NCBI GenBank assembly: GCA_964573235.1
Contig: CAZNIV010000002.1
Coordinates: 6,102-70,101 of the forward strand
Source of the DNA: an uncultured Gammaproteobacteria bacterium
Lineage (GTDB): Bacteria; Patescibacteriota; Patescibacteriia; 2-01-FULL-39-33
Length of the DNA stretch: 64,000 nt
Direction of reading: 5' to 3'
Below the pieces are notes generated by a model that was given only the letters and a program-made list of their open reading frames with translations, was not told the origin of the DNA and ran no database searches. Shown piece by piece: positions 59,468 through 64,000 of this stretch (position 1 is its first letter; each line of letters begins with the position of its first letter). The translations under genes and the position numbers were made by a program.

Positions 59468-62236
59468 TTAAGTCCATTCATCATCATCAAATTTAGATTT
59501 TTTACTTTCTTTTTTAACCGTATTGTCATCATGATCATCTGTTACTGCTTTAATTTCTCTTGATGGTAATTTAATACCCTTTTTAATAATCGCCTCTTCT
59601 AAGATTTTATCGGCTTCAGTCTCTTCCATGTCACCTTCTTCTTTTTCATCTTCTGCTTCTTCTGTTTTTAATTCCTCTTCTGCCTCTGATGCATCTGCTA
59701 TTTTTTCAACCTCTTCTTCTACGATTTCTTCGGCTTCTTCTTGAACCTCCTCTTCTTCTTGCGCTAACTCATCCGTAATAACGCCGGCTTCTTCATTTTG
59801 TTCTTTATCAAATACCCTCATATCTAAGCGACCACTACCAATGTTTTCATCATTATCCTCTTCAGCTATTTCTTCAAAATTATTGCCCGAATTAATAATA
59901 GTGGCTTCTATTGGCTCAGCCCTTTTAAATATGGTTGGCGTAGGAATTTCTTTTAACTCACCGGTTAAATTATGTTCTTTGGCGGCAAATTCTAACGCAT
60001 CCACACCACCTAGCGCATCTAAAAATACTTCGCGTGGCTTAGCCCCATCAGATGCCCCAATTATTCCTTTTTCTTCTAATAAATCCAAAATACGAGCCGC
60101 TCTTGAATAGCCAATCTTTAATCTTCTCTGCAATAACGAAGCTGAGGCCTTGCCGGCTTCTCTAATTACTTGCTTTGCCTCACTCAATAAATCATCACCG
60201 TCATCAGCACTAGAAAAATCAGCAATCCCCAAACCACCAGATGCCTGTTTATCAACCATTAAAGAATCAACAAAATCACTGCCGACTTGCTTTTTAATAC
60301 AATCAACAACATTTTTAATTTCTTCATCCGCCAAAAACACACCTTGAATGCGTTTAGGCTTAGCCGTTTCTGGACCGATATATAACATATCACCACGACC
60401 CACTAATTTCTCAGCACCAGAAGCATCTAAGATAGTACGGGAATCCATTAAGGATACAACGGAAAAAGCAATACGAGCCGGAATATTTGCTTTAATCAAG
60501 CCGGTAATTACTTCTACCGATGGGCGCTGGGTAGCTAAAATCAAATGAATACCCACTGCGCGCGCCATCTGCGCGATACGCACAATCAGCGCTTCCAAAT
60601 CTGCTCCAGCCGAACCCATTAAATCGGCTAACTCATCAATCACATAAACGATGTATGGCAATTTATCATTTGGCTCGGCCTGATTAAATGTTTCTATGTT
60701 ACGATAACCCTTTTTGGATAATAATTCAAAACGACGCTCCATTTCAGAAATACCCCACTTTAAAGAATTGATGGTTTTTTTAACATCCGTAATAACCGGG
60801 GTAAGCAAATAAGGCAAACCATTATAAATTGGCAACTCCACACGTTTAGGATCAACCAAAATAAATTTTAATTCATCTGGAGAATTTTCATACATCAAAG
60901 AAACAATGATCGAATTAATACAAACCGATTTACCAGAACCAGTTGCACCGGCAATCAAACAATGAGGCATGCGATCTAGGCGAGCAAAAATACAATTACC
61001 ACTGACATCCTTACCCAATGCCATTTGTAAATTATTGGAACGATTTTTATATTCTTTACTCATCAATAAATCACGCATTGTTACTTTGGCTTGAATCTGG
61101 TTAGGAATTTCGATACCCACTAATGCCTTACCCGGAATAGGCGCCTCAATGCGCAATGGATAAGCTGCTAACGCCAAAGATAAATCATTATTTAAAGTAA
61201 CAATTTTTGATAACTTAACACCATCAGCCGGACGGAAAGTATATTGCGTAACCGTTGGGCCAACATGAACATCACTCATCTCTAAGGGGATGCCAAAATT
61301 ACTTAAAGTCTTTTTGATAATTTCCTGATTGCGTGCAATGTCTCCAGAAGTTGGCTTGCCTGATTTACTAGTCAAAACATCAAACGGAATATTAATTTTT
61401 TTACCAAATTTTTTTGGCTTAGCAATTTCTTCTACTTTTTCAGTCACTACTACTTGCTCTTTTACTTCTGGCTTAGCGTTGGCCAATGGCATTGCCTTGA
61501 ATTGCGACATTTCTTCTTCCTCTTCTTCGGCCGCCTCTTCTAATTCTGCTTCAACCTCTTCTGCATTTTCTTCTTCATAATCCTCATCATCTACTTCTTT
61601 TAATTTTTCTTTAGCATGACTAAAAAAATGATTAGCCTTATCGACTAAATACTTAAATAAACGAACTGGCCACATTAAGCCGTATATAGAAGTTTCAAAA
61701 GTTAACAAAACACCAACCAAAAAGATAGCGATTGCCACTACTAACGCACCCCAAAAACCCATGTACTTTAATAACAATAAGGAATTAAGCCAAGCACCTA
61801 TGTAGCCACCGCCTTGACTAGCCCAAGCCGCCGCATCAGCACCATCAATACCATATTGTAGATGAGATAATGAACCCAAGCCTAGAATCAACATCAGGCC
61901 ACCAATATAATTTACAATTTTAACTTCATATTTTCCTAACCACAAAAAATAAACCAAGGTGGCGATTAAAATCGGAAACAACCATTTCATCCAGCCAAAG
62001 GTAATACCCAAAAACCAAGCAATAGCTCGGCCAAATTCACCCGACAAATCAAATAGACCCAAAAAACTCAACAAACCAATAACCACTAAAAAAATAATAA
62101 AAATTCCTTTCTTAGTTTCTGCGCTTAGGTTATGAATTTTTTCGGAAATCTTTTCTACTGGCCCCTCTTTGCCCCCGTGATTATTTCCATTATTAAAAAA
62201 ACTTAAAATACCTCCCTTTTTCTTCCCCTTTGACAT
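59468..62236 (-). CDS. ftsK: DNA translocase FtsK/SpoIIIE
   Basis: N-terminal TM domain, acidic linker, AGATGSGKS Walker A, gamma domain. Confidence 0.9.
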   Translation of the reverse strand: MSKGKKKGGILSFFNNGNNHGGKEGPVEKISEKIHNLSAETKKGIFIIFLVVIGLLSFLGLFDLSGEFGRAIAWFLGITFGWMKWLFPILIATLVYFLWLGKYEVKIVNYIGGLMLILGLGSLSHLQYGIDGADAAAWASQGGGYIGAWLNSLLLLKYMGFWGALVVAIAIFLVGVLLTFETSIYGLMWPVRLFKYLVDKANHFFSHAKEKLKEVDDEDYEEENAEEVEAELEEAAEEEEEEMSQFKAMPLANAKPEVKEQVVVTEKVEEIAKPKKFGKKINIPFDVLTSKSGKPTSGDIARNQEIIKKTLSNFGIPLEMSDVHVGPTVTQYTFRPADGVKLSKIVTLNNDLSLALAAYPLRIEAPIPGKALVGIEIPNQIQAKVTMRDLLMSKEYKNRSNNLQMALGKDVSGNCIFARLDRMPHCLIAGATGSGKSVCINSIIVSLMYENSPDELKFILVDPKRVELPIYNGLPYLLTPVITDVKKTINSLKWGISEMERRFELLSKKGYRNIETFNQAEPNDKLPYIVYVIDELADLMGSAGADLEALIVRIAQMARAVGIHLILATQRPSVEVITGLIKANIPARIAFSVVSLMDSRTILDASGAEKLVGRGDMLYIGPETAKPKRIQGVFLADEEIKNVVDCIKKQVGSDFVDSLMVDKQASGGLGIADFSSADDGDDLLSEAKQVIREAGKASASLLQRRLKIGYSRAARILDLLEEKGIIGASDGAKPREVFLDALGGVDALEFAAKEHNLTGELKEIPTPTIFKRAEPIEATIINSGNNFEEIAEEDNDENIGSGRLDMRVFDKEQNEEAGVITDELAQEEEEVQEEAEEIVEEEVEKIADASEAEEELKTEEAEDEKEEGDMEETEADKILEEAIIKKGIKLPSREIKAVTDDHDDNTVKKESKKSKFDDDEWT

Positions 62237-62304
62237 ATAAAATTAATTGAGAAAATAGTACATTAATAACTTAATTTTAACACCTTTAGGTAAGAAAATC
62301 AAAA

Positions 62305-62331
62305 TTAAAAAAGCGAGGGTGATTCCTCGCT
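62305..62331 (-). terminator. Intrinsic terminator after island G gene
   Basis: agcgagg-gtgattc-cctcgct followed by TTTTTT on the minus strand. Confidence 0.6.
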
Positions 62332-62349
62332 TGATAAAACTGCCAAACC

Positions 62350-62559
62350 CTATCGGTTCAAATGGGTTTTGATCGGCGCTGACTCGTGCTTCTTCTGAAT
62401 GTTCTTGTCTAAGCCGTAATATTCAGAAGCCAAAATCATACAAATAGTTACTATCACCACTGCCGGCAAAGCCAAGAACTGAAACCAAAGCTCAAACCTG
62501 GTCATTTTGCTGGTGTTTTTCATCCAACCAACCCTTGCTCTCCTGAAAAAAGTACACAT
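62350..62559 (-). CDS. Island G: 69-aa small single-TM membrane protein, unknown function
   Basis: GGGGGAGGA SD 7 nt before ATG 62559 (MCTFFRRARVGWMKNTS...); TM FLALPAVVIVTICMILA; codons more GC-rich than host. Confidence 0.5.
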   Translation of the reverse strand: MCTFFRRARVGWMKNTSKMTRFELWFQFLALPAVVIVTICMILASEYYGLDKNIQKKHESAPIKTHLNR

Positions 62560-62624
62560 AAAAGAATCCTCCCCCACTTACCGTTTTGTTTAGCACTATA
62601 AAGAACACAACTTAATGACTAAAA

Positions 62625-62653
62625 AATATATCATATTTTAGCGATATTGTCAA
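62625..62653 (-). promoter_or_regulatory. Promoter TTGACA-17-TATATT for island G
   Basis: Read directly from the sequence. Confidence 0.5.
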
Positions 62654-62755
62654 TAATCATAACAATTTAATAAAGTATATCATAATTATCTTTACCAAAA
62701 AAGCTTTTTAGGAGTAAAATGATTATATCAACTAATCAACCCCCCAATATAACAT

Positions 62756-63220
62756 ATGAAAAAACCGATTGGCCAGCTCATTATTACCAGTGAAGCGTTC
62801 AAAAACGGAGCAGTCATTCCTATGACCTATGGTTGCCAAGGAAAAAATATTCACCCACCACTTAATATAGATGGGGTACCTACTGGCACTAAAAGCTTAG
62901 TTATCATAGTTGACGACCCCGATTCTCCTAGTGGCAACTGGGTGCATTGGCTAGTTTGGGACATTGCCCCCAACACCACTCGACTTGAAGCGGGTATCGT
63001 TCCACCCAACGTCACTCAAGGTCCAAACGATTATTCTCACCGTCAATATGACGGCCCCTGCCCAATATCCGGTATTCATCATTATCTATTCAAAGTTTAC
63101 GCCATAAACACCACTCTACATGTTAAATCAAAATACCCAACCAAACCTGATTTAGAGCGCGCCATGGACGGACACATTTTAGCTCAGGGTCAACTAATGG
63201 GAACTTGCTCTCACAAATAA
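62756..63220 (+). CDS. YbhB/YbcL-family PEBP (Raf-kinase-inhibitor-like) protein
   Basis: DPDSPSG...HWLVWDI and GxHHY motifs; no SD; host-type terminator at 63236-63262. Confidence 0.8.
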   Translation: MKKPIGQLIITSEAFKNGAVIPMTYGCQGKNIHPPLNIDGVPTGTKSLVIIVDDPDSPSGNWVHWLVWDIAPNTTRLEAGIVPPNVTQGPNDYSHRQYDGPCPISGIHHYLFKVYAINTTLHVKSKYPTKPDLERAMDGHILAQGQLMGTCSHK

Positions 63221-63269
63221 TTTATCACAACATAAAAACCGCCCAGTGGGCGGTTTTTATTATGAAATT

Positions 63270-64000
63270 TTAAGCAACTATTTCTTTAGCCTTAGCTTCA
63301 ATTATTTCATCTTTCTTTTTGCGCTTACCTTGGGTGATGTCTCTTACCGGAATCAAACGACCAACAATAATATTTTCTTTCAAGCCGACTAAATTATCCA
63401 CCTTACCGGTGCAAGCAGCGTTAATTAAGACTCTAGAAGTTTCTTGGAAAGAAGCAGCCGCTAACCAACTTTGAGTAGATAAAGACACCTTTGTAATACC
63501 TAATAACATTTGTTCATATTCACAAAGCTTCTTCTCCTCTTTCTTTAAGTCACGGTTAGCTAACATCACATCGCTATATTCAGATACTTCACCAGCAGCA
63601 AATTCACTATCTCCAGATTCTTTAATATAAACCTTGGAGAACATCTGACGAGCAATAATTTCTACATGCTTATCAGAAATCTTTTGACCCTGAGAAGAAT
63701 AAATTCTCTGAATATCTCTCATGATATAGCGCTGAGTAATTTCACGACCCTTATACATATACAATTGATGTAAGTCGATAGAGCCCTCAGTGATCTGATC
63801 ACCCATTTCTACATGGGAACCATCTTTAACTAAAACTGTTCTAGAAAGCGGAACAATATATTCTTTAGTTGCCATTTCTTGACCAATCAATAATACTTGT
63901 TTCTTTTCAATTTTGATTTTGCCAACAACTGGAGAAATAATTTGTTCGCCATTGTCTACAAATAATATCTGACCAACCGTAATAGCATCGCCATCTTTAA
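63270..64000 (-). CDS. rpoC: DNA-directed RNA polymerase subunit beta-prime, C-terminal part (continues beyond the right edge)
   Basis: GITKVSLSTQSWLAAASFQETSRVL...LKENIIVGRLIP matches the RpoC C-terminus; the frame stays open upstream of the track start. Confidence 0.85.
   Translation of the reverse strand, partial: KDGDAITVGQILFVDNGEQIISPVVGKIKIEKKQVLLIGQEMATKEYIVPLSRTVLVKDGSHVEMGDQITEGSIDLHQLYMYKGREITQRYIMRDIQRIYSSQGQKISDKHVEIIARQMFSKVYIKESGDSEFAAGEVSEYSDVMLANRDLKKEEKKLCEYEQMLLGITKVSLSTQSWLAAASFQETSRVLINAACTGKVDNLVGLKENIIVGRLIPVRDITQGKRKKKDEIIEAKAKEIVA

Noticed and set aside
1-64000. CRISPR arrays, integrases, transposases, rRNA genes
   Set aside because: No regularly spaced short direct repeats, no recombinase-like ORFs and no rRNA-like conserved stretches were seen anywhere in the window.

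Overview
The window looks like a compact, low-GC bacterial genome of the Patescibacteria/CPR style. Host genes are AT-rich and almost never have a Shine-Dalgarno sequence. Intergenic regions are short, and there is a cluster of very large surface or membrane proteins.

Host content reads clearly from the translations:
- A minus-strand cluster in the first ~15.6 kb: a partial ORF, a 356-aa acidic protein, a 1005-aa VirB6/TrbL-like polytopic membrane protein, a 3066-aa cysteine-rich secreted giant protein, and a 306-aa membrane protein with calcium-binding motifs.
- Housekeeping genes: ksgA/rsmA, an MFS transporter, a FemAB-family protein, leuS, uvrA, truD, a PFOR-type 2-oxoacid:ferredoxin oxidoreductase set (porG-porD-[cyclophilin]-porA-[nucleotidyltransferase]-porB), a DsbA-like protein, secG, an Opp-like substrate-binding protein, tRNA-Leu(CAG), RNase J, a P-type ATPase, a SAM methyltransferase, elp3, rsmE, glyA, folD, a DnaQ-like exonuclease, ychF, an RNA methyltransferase, rpsF-ssb-rpsR, efp, recA, a RodZ-like protein, ftsK, a PEBP/YbhB protein and the 3' end of rpoC.

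The most striking signal is seven small islands (A to G) inserted between these host genes. They are visibly more GC-rich and carry 11 ORFs written in E. coli-like codons (CTG, GCC, GGC, ATC). Each unit has a TTGACA -35 hexamer spaced 17 nt from a -10 of varying quality, perfect TATAAT in three islands, with C2 served only by read-through. Each ORF also has a canonical AAGGAGG-type Shine-Dalgarno, and each is followed by an intrinsic terminator, weak for D and C2. None of the 11 proteins matches a family I recognise. Island C is a three-gene operon with an internal attenuator or terminator, an internal consensus promoter and a perfect 9-bp inverted repeat over its promoter. Together the islands look like a dispersed, horizontally acquired or engineered multi-gene system of unknown function.

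Two host oddities stand out. LeuS carries a ~195-aa YdeN/RBBP9-type serine-hydrolase domain inserted at the HCxxC knuckle. It also has a perfect 201-bp in-frame tandem duplication near its 3' end.
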